Origin: Vulcanimicrobiota bacterium
Lineage (GTDB): Bacteria > Vulcanimicrobiota > Vulcanimicrobiia > Vulcanimicrobiales > Vulcanimicrobiaceae
DNA length: 64,000 bases
Direction of reading: 5' to 3'
Assembly: GCA_963714015.1 (NCBI GenBank)
Contig: OY970223.1
Span: 2,368,001-2,432,000 of the forward strand
A program made the position numbers and the translations under genes. Shown piece after piece: positions 49,846 through 62,074 of this stretch. Each line of letters starts with the position of its first letter. The first letter of the stretch is position 1. The notes under the pieces are model-generated. The model saw nothing but the letters and a program-made list of their open reading frames with translations, had not been told where the DNA came from and made no database searches.

Positions 49846-50161
49846 CCAACTCCTGCAGCACCGCTTGCGTCGCCTCTATCCGCCGGACGGCGACGCCGCG
49901 CTCGGCCGTCAAATTGAAGTGCACTTGGTTCACGTGCTCCAACCGCTTGTCCACGTCGCGCAGATGCGAGCGCGCTTCGCGCTCGAATCCGGTGAAATAC
50001 CGGCGCACCGCTGCAAGGTACTCATCGCGTTCCCTCGTGGTCGCTTCTCCCGCCGCAAGCGCGGCTTCCATCTTCCGTTGGGCCTGCTTCATCGCTTTGT
50101 CCGTGAGGTAGAACTCCCCCACGCGCGCGACCAGCGAAGGAAGGTCGAAGGTTTCAGGCAT
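49823..50161 (-). CDS. Hypothetical coiled-coil protein
   Basis: 112-aa helical ORF overlapping both rph and mlaE. Confidence 0.6.
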   Translation of the reverse strand: MPETFDLPSLVARVGEFYLTDKAMKQAQRKMEAALAAGEATTRERDEYLAAVRRYFTGFEREARSHLRDVDKRLEHVNQVHFNLTAERGVAVRRIEATQAVLQELDGVADAR

Positions 50162-50879
50162 AGACCTCGAGCGCCGAATGCTGCGCCGTCAGCAATTGAC
50201 GGATGCCGCTCTCCGCCAGCTCCAGGAGCGTTCCCAGCTCCTCGCGGCTGAAAGGCGTCGCTTCGGCAGTTCCCTGGAGTTCGGTAAAGCGGCCGTTACC
50301 CGTCATGAACACGTTCATATCTACCTCTGCGCGGCTATCCTCATCGTAAGCAAGGTCCAGGAGCGGCGAGCCCGCGACTATGCCGACGCTGGTGGCCGCA
50401 ATCTGCTGTTCCAAAGGCCATTTCGTTTTGTTCTTGGCGTCGAACGCCGTCGAAAGCGCCAGTGCCAAGGCGACCCACGCACCCGTCACGGCCGCAGTGC
50501 GCGTACCGCCGTCGGCCTGGAGCACGTCGCAATCGAGCCAGACCGTTCGTTCGCCGAGCTTCGCAAGGTCGGTGACGGCGCGCAGCGCTCGTCCGATGAT
50601 GCGCTGAATCTCGTGCGTGCGGCCGCCGAGTCTGCCCTTGGCCGCTTCGCGCTGCGTGCGCTCTTGCGTTGCGCGCGGCAGCATCGAATACTCGGCAGTG
50701 ACCCACCCCGTGCCCCGCCCTTTCATCCAGTGCGGGACGCGATCTTCCAGCGTGGCGGCGCAGACCACGCGCGTGTGCCCAACCGAGATCAGCACGCTGC
50801 CCTCGGCGAATTTCAGGTAGTTCGGCTCGATCTTTACCGGCCGCAGCTCGTTGGCTTTGCGACCGTCGCTTCTGGTCAT
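50154..50879 (-). CDS. rph: Ribonuclease PH
   Basis: [57 protein letters not shown]. Confidence 0.97.
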   Translation of the reverse strand: MTRSDGRKANELRPVKIEPNYLKFAEGSVLISVGHTRVVCAATLEDRVPHWMKGRGTGWVTAEYSMLPRATQERTQREAAKGRLGGRTHEIQRIIGRALRAVTDLAKLGERTVWLDCDVLQADGGTRTAAVTGAWVALALALSTAFDAKNKTKWPLEQQIAATSVGIVAGSPLLDLAYDEDSRAEVDMNVFMTGNGRFTELQGTAEATPFSREELGTLLELAESGIRQLLTAQHSALEVYA

Positions 50880-50940
50880 CGTTGGGCGAGTTAGCCAGGT
50901 GCGTTACACCGCCCTGTGGTAGCCCACGGCAATCGCGTCT

Positions 50941-51517
50941 TTGGAGGTTGTACGAACGCGCGTTTTCGTTGTTTCGCTTCTGGCCTCGTTTTTCGTCCTA
51001 TCCGCGGCGGCTCTGGCCGATCCCACAAGCGATTTGGTCGCCATGCAGCAGTCCTTTTAATGCAGTCAAATCAGTGCACGCCGATATGACGACCGCCAAA
51101 GGCCAGCACGTCGGCTTAGACATGGTGCCGCCCGACAAATTCCGGGAGACCCTGCCCGGAGGGATGCAGGCAGTGATCATCGGCCCGGACGCTTGGATGT
51201 ACTTGAATGGAGGTTGGATGAAAATGCCGGGCGCGATGCCGGCGAACCGCATGGCGGCGATGAACAGCGTCCGTACCGCCGGCTTCGGCGCAACCCAGCC
51301 GAAGGATTACACGATCACCGACGCCGGAGCCGCTGTCCTCGGCTCGACGCCCGCCGAAAAATATCACCTCGTCAACACGAAGACCAACGACACCATCGAT
51401 CTTTGGGTCGGTAAGGATTACCTTCCGCTGCAGGCGTCTGTCCCAACAAAAGACGGAACGACGACGATCGTCTATTCGCAGTACAACAGTGTTCCGGACA
51501 TAACGCCGCCGCAATAA
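50941..51517 (+). CDS. Secreted LolA/LppX-like protein (frameshift ~51057)
   Basis: Signal ..SAAALA-DP in one frame joining VKSVH..PDK..IIG..W..LWVGKD.LP..YSQYN..ITPP. Confidence 0.5.
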
Positions 51518-51526
51518 GAAAGATCC

Positions 51527-51829
51527 TTAGTCCTCCGCTTTGCGGATCGGACCGTACTCCGCTTCGTAGTACGTATCGCGCAGATTGCCGAGCTGCATGT
51601 CGCGCGCGACCGGCGAACCGTCGCCGCGCAGCACGGTGACGCCTTTGAGCAGCAGGCGATAGGGCTCCAAGCGCGCGTTTTTCCATTCCGAGATATGCCA
51701 GCGCTGCGGCGCCATCACTTTCCAGTCGTATGCCGGAAGCGCCGGCCGTTTGCCTTCGAACGGTTCCAGCGCGACCCGGAACCCTTCGCGTTCGAAAATG
51801 CGCTCTTCGATCTGCTTTAGACTTGCCAC
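51527..51829 (-). CDS. Hypothetical protein
   Basis: 100-aa ORF directly downstream of glmS. Confidence 0.55.
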   Translation of the reverse strand: MASLKQIEERIFEREGFRVALEPFEGKRPALPAYDWKVMAPQRWHISEWKNARLEPYRLLLKGVTVLRGDGSPVARDMQLGNLRDTYYEAEYGPIRKAED

Positions 51830-51841
51830 GGCAACGGCGAA

Positions 51842-53680
<1,839 letters not shown>

Positions 53681-53713
53681 GGTTGAGACTCCCCTACAGA
53701 AACGACTGCCCGG

Positions 53714-53932
53714 TTACTTTATTCCTTCCCGCGTCCGGTGATATTGAATCTTGCCACCGGCGACCTCGTTGAACGCGGTCGAGACGGGCTTGTTTGGGTT
53801 GACCCGTTCGGTAAGCGGGGGGGCGCCGTTGTTGAGTTGCTTGGCTCGTTTCGTAACGACGTTTACCAAGCTGAATTTCGAATCCACGTGGTCGAGCAAT
53901 CTGTCCAGATCGCCGAAAACCGAGTCGCTCAT
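53714..53932 (-). CDS. rpoZ: RNA polymerase omega subunit
   Basis: SKFSLV..KRAKQL..KPVSTA..E..GKI; follows gmk. Confidence 0.92.
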   Translation of the reverse strand: MSDSVFGDLDRLLDHVDSKFSLVNVVTKRAKQLNNGAPPLTERVNPNKPVSTAFNEVAGGKIQYHRTREGIK

Positions 53933-54549
53933 TATGAATGTTCCAGTTCCTTTATCGAATCGTCGCCATATCTATGGATCCGGAAGTGTTCGGCCTGCAC
54001 GATGGCCTGCAAATCCAGAACCGCTTCGTCCGAGCGCGACTCCTCGTTGATGACGATGTAATCGAAGTCGCGAACGAATTTGAATTCCTGATGCGCGATC
54101 TCCAAGCGGCGCGCGATCTCTTCGTTCGTCTCGGTGCGCCTGGCCAAGAGCCGGGCGCGCAGATGCGAGAATTTATCGGGCGCCAAGAAGATCAGAACCG
54201 CATCCGGAAAGGCCTTCTTGATTGCCAGCGCCCCGTTGACCTCGGGCTTCATTACCAAGTCGTAGCCCTGCAGCAGCGTACGCTCCACGAAATCCCTCGG
54301 CGTTCCGTAGAGATTGTCGTTGTACTCGTAGCACTCCAAGAATCCGCCGGCTTCGCGCCGCCGTTCGAATTCTTCCCGCGTCAGGAAAAAATAATGTTCG
54401 CCCTCGATTTCACCCGGCCGCGGCGCGCGAGTCGTCGCGGAAACCGAGTAGCGTAGACGCTGCAAACGCGCCCGAAGCGCGTCCACCAAGGTATCTTTTC
54501 CGGCTCCGGAAGGCCCGGATACGACAAAAAGCAGGCCCGGTCCGAACAT
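53932..54549 (-). CDS. gmk: Guanylate kinase
   Basis: SGPSGAGKDT, SATTRAPRPGE..G.HYFF, YGTP, FDYIVIN. Confidence 0.95.
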   Translation of the reverse strand: MFGPGLLFVVSGPSGAGKDTLVDALRARLQRLRYSVSATTRAPRPGEIEGEHYFFLTREEFERRREAGGFLECYEYNDNLYGTPRDFVERTLLQGYDLVMKPEVNGALAIKKAFPDAVLIFLAPDKFSHLRARLLARRTETNEEIARRLEIAHQEFKFVRDFDYIVINEESRSDEAVLDLQAIVQAEHFRIHRYGDDSIKELEHS

Positions 54550-54633
54550 CTTCCCCTATTTAGGCAAAGCCCGATATGTTCACACCCGGCGGCTTGCAGC
54601 CCTTTGTTTCGCCCGGAGCGAAATCGAGGCGCG

Positions 54634-56127
54634 ATGTACACGGATTGGCTGCTCATCCGGCGGTTGGCTATCGAGATCGAGGAGCGTTTTCGCACCGCCC
54701 GCGTCCGTGACGCCGGCCGCCTAGAGGACGGGCGCTTCGCCTTGGCTTTGTGGCTGCGCGGGAGCACCTCGCTCCTTTGTATCGACATTTTCGCGCCAAC
54801 GCCCACAATCACGGCCGAAGCGGGCGAACTCCCGATTGCCGAAGAGCCTGGTTTTGTCCGTTCCGCCGGCGCTGCGCTGCGCGGCATGACTCTGCTAGCG
54901 GTAAAATCCCGCCGCGGCGACCGGCTTATCCGGCTCGACTTCGGCACGCGGTCGCGGTTCGGAGTCCAAGACGGCTACTCGCTGATCTGCGAATTGGTCC
55001 CGCGTTTCGGCAACATCGTGCTGCTCAAAGGTGAGACCGTCGTTGCCGCGGCTAAGGAGTTCGCGCCCGCGCAGAATGCCGCGCGCACGACGCAGGCCGG
55101 CGATCTGTACGAGCCGCCCCCGCTCAGGCCGGGAGCGATTACGCCGCTCTTACCAGACGAGGCGGCCGCTCCACTGGCCGAACGCATACCCTTGGACGAC
55201 CTCTACGTCTACCGGCGCGAGGGCGCACTGATCGGGGCACATCTCGTGCCGATTCCCAAATACGAGGAAATCCGCCCGGAACGGGCCCCCTCGCTGCTCG
55301 ATCTGCTTGTGGAACTGCGCGCCGGCAATGCTCACGCCGCCCAGAGCGACCGCGTGCAAAAGCGGCGTCGCAGCCTCGCCAGAACGCTGCGCGAGCGGGA
55401 ACGCCGGGTCCGGGCCGAGCTCGACGGCGTCGAGGCGCGCATCGCCAAGGCGCAAAATCGCGAGCAGATGCGCGCAGAGGGCGATAATATCTACGCACGT
55501 TTGCATGAGTTGCCGCCCGAAGAACGCGACGAAGCCAAAGAACGCGCCGCGAAACTTTTCGCCTCCTACAAGAAAGCCGCGGCAGCCATGGAGCATCTCG
55601 CGCGGCGGCGCAGCGAGCTCGCGGGTTCGCTTGAGGATTTGGCGCAGTTGCAATGGGATCTGGAGCGCGCGGGTGATGACGAGCTCGACGACGTTGCGCA
55701 AGCGATCGAAGCGCTGGAGCGGCGACCAGCAGAGAACCGGCGCGCGACGGCGCGGAAACGCAAGCCGCTGCAGTACGCGCTTCCGAGCGGATCGCGCATT
55801 TTCGTGGGACGCACACCGCTGGAGAATGCGGAGCTGACTTTTCGCACGGCGCGCCCGGGCGATCTGTGGTTTCACGTGCAAAACCAGCCCGGTGCGCACG
55901 TCATTCTGCAGCGCGACGATCGCGCGGAGCCGCCCGAGAGCGACGTGCTCGCCGCCGCTTCACTTGCCGCGTTGCACTCCAAAGCAAAAAACAGCCCCAA
56001 AGTCACCGTCGACTACACTCAGCGCAAGTATGTGCGCAAGCGGCCTTCGGCGGCTCCGGGGCTGGTTTTTTACACCAACCCGAAGTCGCTTTACGTTAGC
56101 CCGGCTGAACCGACGGAACGGCCGTGA
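54634..56127 (+). CDS. rqcH: RqcH/FbpA (NFACT) ribosome quality-control protein
   Basis: DRLI, ELV.RFGNIVL, coiled coil, VGR..EN..LT, DLWFHV..PGAHV, VDYTQRKYVRK..PGLV.Y. Confidence 0.88.
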   Translation: MYTDWLLIRRLAIEIEERFRTARVRDAGRLEDGRFALALWLRGSTSLLCIDIFAPTPTITAEAGELPIAEEPGFVRSAGAALRGMTLLAVKSRRGDRLIRLDFGTRSRFGVQDGYSLICELVPRFGNIVLLKGETVVAAAKEFAPAQNAARTTQAGDLYEPPPLRPGAITPLLPDEAAAPLAERIPLDDLYVYRREGALIGAHLVPIPKYEEIRPERAPSLLDLLVELRAGNAHAAQSDRVQKRRRSLARTLRERERRVRAELDGVEARIAKAQNREQMRAEGDNIYARLHELPPEERDEAKERAAKLFASYKKAAAAMEHLARRRSELAGSLEDLAQLQWDLERAGDDELDDVAQAIEALERRPAENRRATARKRKPLQYALPSGSRIFVGRTPLENAELTFRTARPGDLWFHVQNQPGAHVILQRDDRAEPPESDVLAAASLAALHSKAKNSPKVTVDYTQRKYVRKRPSAAPGLVFYTNPKSLYVSPAEPTERP

Positions 56128-56518
56128 AGCGGTATTGCGCGCCCGTTTGATCCGAGGCGTATCCCACGATCCGGCCGCCCTGGAGCGTCCCGGTGACGTG
56201 CGTGGTGCGGTGCCCGTTCCCGATGTCGAACCACACGCTTGCACCGTTGCGTCCGCCGATCACGTCGACGAACGCGACCGTGCCCGGCGGCGTGTAGTAG
56301 CCGTTTACGTATCCGTCTTTGGTGAGGGTCAGCCGAAGCGTCCCGCCGGTAAACGGAACCGAAGGGCCGTAGTCCTTGACGAACGTCGTTTGATACGTTC
56401 GAGTAATCGTTTGCTGCAGCTGCGCAGTCGCTGCGGGAGCCGCAGCGGGCAGCACGAGCGGCACGAGCGCCGCGCCGATTACCGCTGCCCGCAAAAAATT
56501 GACGAAAAACTGTTTCAC
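56096..56518 (-). CDS. Secreted hypothetical protein
   Basis: Signal peptide ..LPAAAPA; upstream ECF-like GAACC-N16-GCGTT (56528-56553). Confidence 0.6.
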   Translation of the reverse strand: MKQFFVNFLRAAVIGAALVPLVLPAAAPAATAQLQQTITRTYQTTFVKDYGPSVPFTGGTLRLTLTKDGYVNGYYTPPGTVAFVDVIGGRNGASVWFDIGNGHRTTHVTGTLQGGRIVGYASDQTGAQYRFTAVPSVQPG

Positions 56519-56576
56519 ATACTCTATAACGCAGTTTCCCGGTACAAGGGTTCGCTACGCGACGTATCCAGAGACA

Positions 56577-57200
56577 TTAACGATTGCTGAGAGCGGGCTC
56601 CGCGCGGCGTGCTTGGGCCAGGCGGCTTTCGCATACTTTCCAGTCAAGGTTGGAAAAGAAAGCTTCAATGTACTTGGAGCGCTCGGCCGGCTTGTAGTCT
56701 TTGATGAACGCATGCTCCCAGCAATCCATCACGACGATGGGAATGAACCCGGCGATATTGCCGTTCTGATGCTGTTCGATCCAGTGATTGCTGACGTGTC
56801 CGGCAGCCGGGTCGAAAAACGCGATGGCCCAGCCGACGCCGCGCATCCCTCCTACGGCGAAAAAATCCTTACGCCACGTCTCGAAATCGCCGTAGCTCTC
56901 CCCCAAGAGATCGTAAAGCGATCCGGACGAAAGATCTGCGGCGTTTTTCGTTAGATTGTCGAAGTAATATTCGTGCAGCCGCATGCCGTTGAACTCCCAG
57001 CCCATGCGCCGGACGAGCTCGGCATAACGCGGATCGCTTCCGGCAGCGTTTCCGGAGCGGCGTGCTTCGGTCGTGAGATCGATCAACTTGTTGGTGTTCG
57101 TGACGTAGCCTTCGTATAAGCCGAAATGCATCTCCAGCGTTGCGTCCGATATGCCTTGCAGGCCGGAAAGATCCCATTTCTTCGGCGAGTACGTCTTCAT
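56577..57200 (-). CDS. Fe/Mn superoxide dismutase (ChrC-like)
   Basis: Metal ligands HFGLYEGYV, LHEYYF, DCWEHAF. Confidence 0.9.
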   Translation of the reverse strand: MKTYSPKKWDLSGLQGISDATLEMHFGLYEGYVTNTNKLIDLTTEARRSGNAAGSDPRYAELVRRMGWEFNGMRLHEYYFDNLTKNAADLSSGSLYDLLGESYGDFETWRKDFFAVGGMRGVGWAIAFFDPAAGHVSNHWIEQHQNGNIAGFIPIVVMDCWEHAFIKDYKPAERSKYIEAFFSNLDWKVCESRLAQARRAEPALSNR

Positions 57201-57348
57201 GAAATATCCTTGGCTCCTCAAATCTGAATAGATGATATTCGGGTTTTACCCGAACGGGCCAAAACCCGCGCGCCGGGTTCGCAGCCCAGAGGAAGGGACC
57301 TCCGCAGGCCTAAACAACCCTGCAACAGCTTACTCGAGGAGGACAGTC

Positions 57349-57468
57349 GTGAAGAACCCGTTGGACTCCCTTTTGGGGACGGTGATCTCGGGTTTGGTGA
57401 TTACCGTCATTCTTTATTTCATTGCGAACTTGCTCATGGCGCACACGATGGCCGGAGGAGCAACCTAA
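57349..57468 (+). CDS. Small single-TM protein coupled to the PuuD-like gene
   Basis: RBS GAGGAGG, GTG start, MKNPLDSLLGTVISGLVITVILYFIANLL.., TAATG overlap. Confidence 0.65.
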   Translation: MKNPLDSLLGTVISGLVITVILYFIANLLMAHTMAGGAT

Positions 57469-57995
57469 TGGGCTGGAGCGATGCAATTCTGCGCTGGCTG
57501 CATTTCTTTGCCGGCATCATGTGGATCGGCATGCTGTACTACTTCAATTTCGTCAACGTCGAGGCGGTGAAGCAAGCCGCGGCGGCGGGCGAAGGTGCGC
57601 CGATTTCCAAGTACGTCGTCCCGCGCGCGCTTCTCTACTTCCGCTGGGGCGCCGTTTTCACGTGGATCTTCGGCGCCGGTCTGCTGAGCACGCTGCCCAC
57701 TTCAGGCAGCGGAGGCGGTTTCGTCGGCGCTTTTCTTCTACAGGGAAATCTCGTTCCGATTGGTTTTGGCGCGTGGCTCGGAACGATAATGCTTTTCAAC
57801 GTTTGGGTGTTGATTTGGCCCAATCAAAAGAAACTCTTGGGCATGGTTCCCGCCACGGACGAAGAGAAGGCCAAGGTGCGCCGCGTCGCGTTTCTCGCAT
57901 CGCGCGTCAACACGATGCTCTCGATTCCGATGCTCTTTTTCATGGCGACCGGTTTTCATCACCAGGACGGAATCTACAACCTATTTTCCCACTGA
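57468..57995 (+). CDS. Urate_ox_N (PuuD-like) membrane protein lacking the cytochrome c domain
   Basis: RWLHFFAGIMWIG.LYYFNF, FRW.A..TWIFG, GTIMLFNVW..IWPNQKK, SRVNT.LSIPML..M. Confidence 0.85.
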   Translation: MGWSDAILRWLHFFAGIMWIGMLYYFNFVNVEAVKQAAAAGEGAPISKYVVPRALLYFRWGAVFTWIFGAGLLSTLPTSGSGGGFVGAFLLQGNLVPIGFGAWLGTIMLFNVWVLIWPNQKKLLGMVPATDEEKAKVRRVAFLASRVNTMLSIPMLFFMATGFHHQDGIYNLFSH

Positions 57996-60629
57996 CGGCC
58001 GTTCGCGGGCAATGAAGGCGGCAAGCTCGGAGCGGTTGCGCACCCCGAGCTTGCCGAAAATCGACGTCAAATGCTTTTCTACCGTTCGCTGATTGACCGC
58101 TAGCGATTCGGCTATTTTGCGGTTGGCGGCGCCGGTCGCGACGAGCGATGCGATCTCACGTTCGCGCTGCGAGAGCACCGGCGCCGCGCTCGAACGCACC
58201 GTGCCGCCGGCGCGCAATCGGCGAAATTCGGCCGCGGCACGGCGCGAATCGCCCGAGAGTTCCAAGCACTTGGCTTCGTGCGTGACCCACCCCATGTCGA
58301 GGTAGAGCGCTACGGCTTCACGCGCATGCTGCGCGGCGGCGTTGCGCTCGTTCTCGTTCTTCGCTCGCAGAGCGCGCAGGTGATGAGCGGTCGCGGCATA
58401 GAGCTGCACCTGCGGCGTTGCCTCGAGCCGATCGATAAAGCCGAACGCCGCGCGGCTCGCTGCGGGACCGCCCAGCTCGGCCGCAGTCAGAATGGTTTCG
58501 GTTGCGCCGAAAGGCGCGGCAAGTTGCTTCATTGCGCGCTCCAAAATCGCTTGCGCGCCGCTCGTATCACCGTTCGCATGCAGCCAGCGAGCATACGGCC
58601 CTGCCAGCCGCCCCAGCGTGGAGTTGATGCGGCTGGAAAACGCGGCTTCGACAATTGCATCCGAACAGAGGCGCGCAATCAGTTCTTCGTCCCAAAGATC
58701 GAAGCCGACGGTCAGTGCCGCCGCCGCAAGCGCGATCGGACCGGTCGTCGTGGATTCAGGTGCCGAAGCGGCGCGTTCTACCAGCTCTCTGGCGTGCAGC
58801 GATTGGCCGTTACGGGCGCATATCAAAGCGGCATTAGCGTACGCCAAGACCTCGAGCGAGGCCAGACGCAGCTCCTGAAGCTTCGGCAGCATTTCGCCGA
58901 ATCGCGCAAGCGCTTCTCGATCGAAGCCCAGAATCGTCAATCCAAAGAACTCGTTGAACTTGGCGCGCTGCATTGCGTACTCGCCGAGCTGCGCGGAAAG
59001 CTCCTTGCCGCCGTCGAGCTGCGATCGAAAGGCGCGCACGTCGCCGCGAACCAGAGCACTGTACTGCAGGACGTTGTGATACGAATACGTATCGGCGCCG
59101 CGCGCTTGCGCGATCAGATCGCCGGCCTCTTCGACCTCGCAGCGGTCGAGGCGCATGTACGCAAGGTTCAGAAGGAGCGCCGCGCGATCCGCCGTCTGAG
59201 AGTCCGGCACGACTTCAAGCGCCTGCTCCAGTATGCGCATCCCGCGTTCGTTGTCGCCGGCTATGCGAGCTTGCGCACTCATCGCCTGGTAAATACCGGC
59301 GAGCTCTGCGGAGCAACCGGCGGATTCATAAGCAGCGGCCGCATCGGCGAAAATCTCTACTGCCTGCGCCGCTCTGCCGTCTTTACCGCAACAGGCGGCG
59401 GCTTTGGCTAAAAGCCGTCCGCGCTCGGCGGCTTGGGTTGCACCCTCCAAAGCGCGCATGTAACAGCGAATCGCCTCGGCATAAGCGTGCATCTTATCCG
59501 ACTCGTCCGCGGCCTGCTCGTTATACCGCAGACATTTCCCCGCGTCGTGCGACGCCCATGCGTGGTAACCCATGTCCTCGGCGTTCGAACCCGGGTGCTG
59601 CTCGAGCGCCCGCAAAATCTGCGCATGCAGCGGGCGGGCCTGCGCCGCCAAAAGCTGTTCGTAGACCGCTTCTCGGGTCAGCGCGTGCCGGAACGTGTAT
59701 CCGGAAGTCTCGCCCGCAATTTCGTCGACCAGCTGAAGGCGGCGCAATTCTCCCAAATGCGCCAGCACTTCCGGCGTCTCCATGCCGCAGATTTCCGCAA
59801 TGAATTCGGCCGTAAAGCGCCGTCCGACCACAGAAGCGTGCGTGAGCACTTCCCGCGCGCGATCGTCCATTCCGCGGACGCGCTCCAGCAGCGCGCCCCG
59901 GACAGTCAGCGGAAGCTGGCGCGCGCCCTCGAGCGCATTTTTCAACAGTTCTTCAGCGAAAAACGGATTGCCGTCGGAGCGTTCGACGATCTCTTCCAAC
60001 TGCGCCTGAGCAAGGCGCCGGCTTTGACCGGCTGCGAGTTTGACTAACCGCCGCAGCTCGGACGGCGATAAGGGCCCAAGAAGGATGCGATGCGTTGCGC
60101 GATCGCGCACGAGCCGAGCTAAATGCGGCTCCAACTGCTGCAGGCGGCATGCTTCGTCCGCCCGGTACGTCGCCACGATCAGCAAGCGCAGCGAGGTAAT
60201 CGACGAGAGAATGTGCTGAAGAAAATGCAGCGTTCCGTCGTCGGCCCACTGCAGATCTTCGATTAACAGCACCACGCACCGGCGCCGGCAAACTGCAGCC
60301 GTTTGTTCCGCAAACTCGGCCAGTTGCTCCGGGCGCGTCGCGGCGGTCGAGAACGGTCCGGAGACACCGGCGCCGCGCAATGCTTCGATAAGCGGGCCGT
60401 ACGGCGAATTTCCGTACTCCCGGCAAAGGCCGACGCCCAGAGAAGCGCGCCCTCCGCGCAGAGTCTTGCGGAACGAAACGAGGAGACGGCTTTTTCCGAT
60501 GCCCGCATCGCCCGAGATCAGCATGAGCGCGCCGTGAGCGCGTGCTGAAGCCAGCCGGCGTTCTACCAGCTGCTGCAGTTCGTTGTCCCGGCCCACCAAG
60601 GTCGGGCAGACCAAGGCGCGCGTCAGCAT
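57981..60629 (-). CDS. LuxR-family regulator with AAA ATPase and TPR-like regions
   Basis: LVGRDNEL, GDAGIGKSRL, EDLQWAD, GNPFF.EE, FRHAL.RE, C-terminal LSQRERE..N..IA..TVEKH..KLGV..R. Confidence 0.92.
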   Translation of the reverse strand: MLTRALVCPTLVGRDNELQQLVERRLASARAHGALMLISGDAGIGKSRLLVSFRKTLRGGRASLGVGLCREYGNSPYGPLIEALRGAGVSGPFSTAATRPEQLAEFAEQTAAVCRRRCVVLLIEDLQWADDGTLHFLQHILSSITSLRLLIVATYRADEACRLQQLEPHLARLVRDRATHRILLGPLSPSELRRLVKLAAGQSRRLAQAQLEEIVERSDGNPFFAEELLKNALEGARQLPLTVRGALLERVRGMDDRAREVLTHASVVGRRFTAEFIAEICGMETPEVLAHLGELRRLQLVDEIAGETSGYTFRHALTREAVYEQLLAAQARPLHAQILRALEQHPGSNAEDMGYHAWASHDAGKCLRYNEQAADESDKMHAYAEAIRCYMRALEGATQAAERGRLLAKAAACCGKDGRAAQAVEIFADAAAAYESAGCSAELAGIYQAMSAQARIAGDNERGMRILEQALEVVPDSQTADRAALLLNLAYMRLDRCEVEEAGDLIAQARGADTYSYHNVLQYSALVRGDVRAFRSQLDGGKELSAQLGEYAMQRAKFNEFFGLTILGFDREALARFGEMLPKLQELRLASLEVLAYANAALICARNGQSLHARELVERAASAPESTTTGPIALAAAALTVGFDLWDEELIARLCSDAIVEAAFSSRINSTLGRLAGPYARWLHANGDTSGAQAILERAMKQLAAPFGATETILTAAELGGPAASRAAFGFIDRLEATPQVQLYAATAHHLRALRAKNENERNAAAQHAREAVALYLDMGWVTHEAKCLELSGDSRRAAAEFRRLRAGGTVRSSAAPVLSQREREIASLVATGAANRKIAESLAVNQRTVEKHLTSIFGKLGVRNRSELAAFIARERPSVGK

Positions 60630-60665
60630 ACGGAAACGTTCGCCGCCCAGACCCGCCCACCCGGG

Positions 60666-61649
60666 TCAAAAGGTTAGGACGATTTTGCCTATATGCTGCG
60701 AGGACTCCATGCGCCGGTGCGCCTGCGCGGCCTCTTCGATCGGAAAAGTTGAATCGATCGCGGGGCGGATCGTATTCCGTGCCGGCAGCAGCGGCCAAAC
60801 GTGCTCGCGCAGCAAGTCTCGAATTACCGTTTTTTGCTCCACCGTCCGAGCCCTGAGCGATGAAGCCAGGATGCTCGCGCGCTTATAGAGCATCCGGCCC
60901 AGGTCCAACTGCACGGCGGAGCCCCGCGCCGTAGCCAGGCACACGACTCGCCCGTCGAAGGAGAGCGCGTCGACGTCGCGCGCAATATAATCGCCGCCCA
61001 CGACGTCCAGAACGACGTTCACGCCGGCATTCTTCGTCGCGCGAAGTACTTCGGCCACGAAATCTTCGTTCTTATAGTTGACGGCCAGCTCTGCTCCAAG
61101 GTCGCGGCACGCCGCGCATTTCTCATCGCTTCCGGCCGTGCACGCGACAAAGCGCGCGCCGAACGCTTTTGCCAGCATGATCGCAGTCGTTCCGATGCCG
61201 CTCGTTCCGCCGTGCACCAAAACGCTTTCACCCGCGCGCAGCCGCCCGCGGATAAAGAGGTTGTCGTAGACGGTGAACATGTTCTCCGGCAGGGATGCGC
61301 CTTCAACGAAATTCCAGTTGGCCGGCAGACGTAAGACTTGCCCGGCCGGTACCGCGACGTATTCCGCGTAGCCGCCGCCCGTGAGCAATGCGCAGACCTC
61401 ATCGCCCGATCTGAGCTCCGCCTGGCCGTCGCCGATCTCCTCAACGATTCCGGAAACCTCCAACCCCAGGATGTCCGAAGCACCGGGCGGCGGCGGATAC
61501 TTGCCTTCGCGCTGCATCACGTCGGCGCGCGAGACTCCCGCCGCTTTGACTGCGATCAAAACTTCGCCGGCGCCGGCGCGCGGTTTGGGCCGCTCGCCGA
61601 TGCGCAGGACCTGCGGGCCGCCCGGCTGGGTGACCTCTACGAACCGCAC
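60666..61649 (-). CDS. NAD(P)H-quinone oxidoreductase (PIG3 family)
   Basis: GGPQVL, QREGKYPPPPGASDILGLE, GGGYAEY, VHGGTSGIG, HIGKIVL. Confidence 0.92.
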   Translation of the reverse strand: MRFVEVTQPGGPQVLRIGERPKPRAGAGEVLIAVKAAGVSRADVMQREGKYPPPPGASDILGLEVSGIVEEIGDGQAELRSGDEVCALLTGGGYAEYVAVPAGQVLRLPANWNFVEGASLPENMFTVYDNLFIRGRLRAGESVLVHGGTSGIGTTAIMLAKAFGARFVACTAGSDEKCAACRDLGAELAVNYKNEDFVAEVLRATKNAGVNVVLDVVGGDYIARDVDALSFDGRVVCLATARGSAVQLDLGRMLYKRASILASSLRARTVEQKTVIRDLLREHVWPLLPARNTIRPAIDSTFPIEEAAQAHRRMESSQHIGKIVLTF

Positions 61650-62072
61650 GCGTTCATCAAGGCGTCGTCGGCTTCTATCAAGTCGAAGATGAACTTGTAG
61701 CGCTCGCGCAATTCCTGCGGGTACGCGGACTCGAACGCCGCCTGCCACGCTTCCGGTATACGCGCGGTAACCATGCCTTCCAGCTTGGTGTTGATCCGTT
61801 CTTTATCGAGGCCGGCGGTGCGATCGGCGATCCATGACGCGACCTCGTCCTCGGACTGCGCCGACTCGACGACCGAGCGCAGCTGCGCGAGGTCGATGTT
61901 CGTGTAGCGCGCCCAGGCGGCGCTCATTCCGATGTCGGTGAAATAGCCGTTCAGGACTCCGCCCGGCAAAGACGCCCGAAGCTTATCGACCACGCGCGCC
62001 GAGAAGACGATACCCGCCAGATGCTCGTGCGGCGATCGGGGCCGCTGCTACGCGAAGGTCCAAAGGTTCCAT
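61637..62072 (-). CDS. DUF5069-family protein (frameshift ~62050)
   Basis: MEPLDLR..PRSP.EHLAG...RVVDKLRA..G..Y; FDLIEADD. Confidence 0.7.
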
Positions 62073-62074
62073 AC

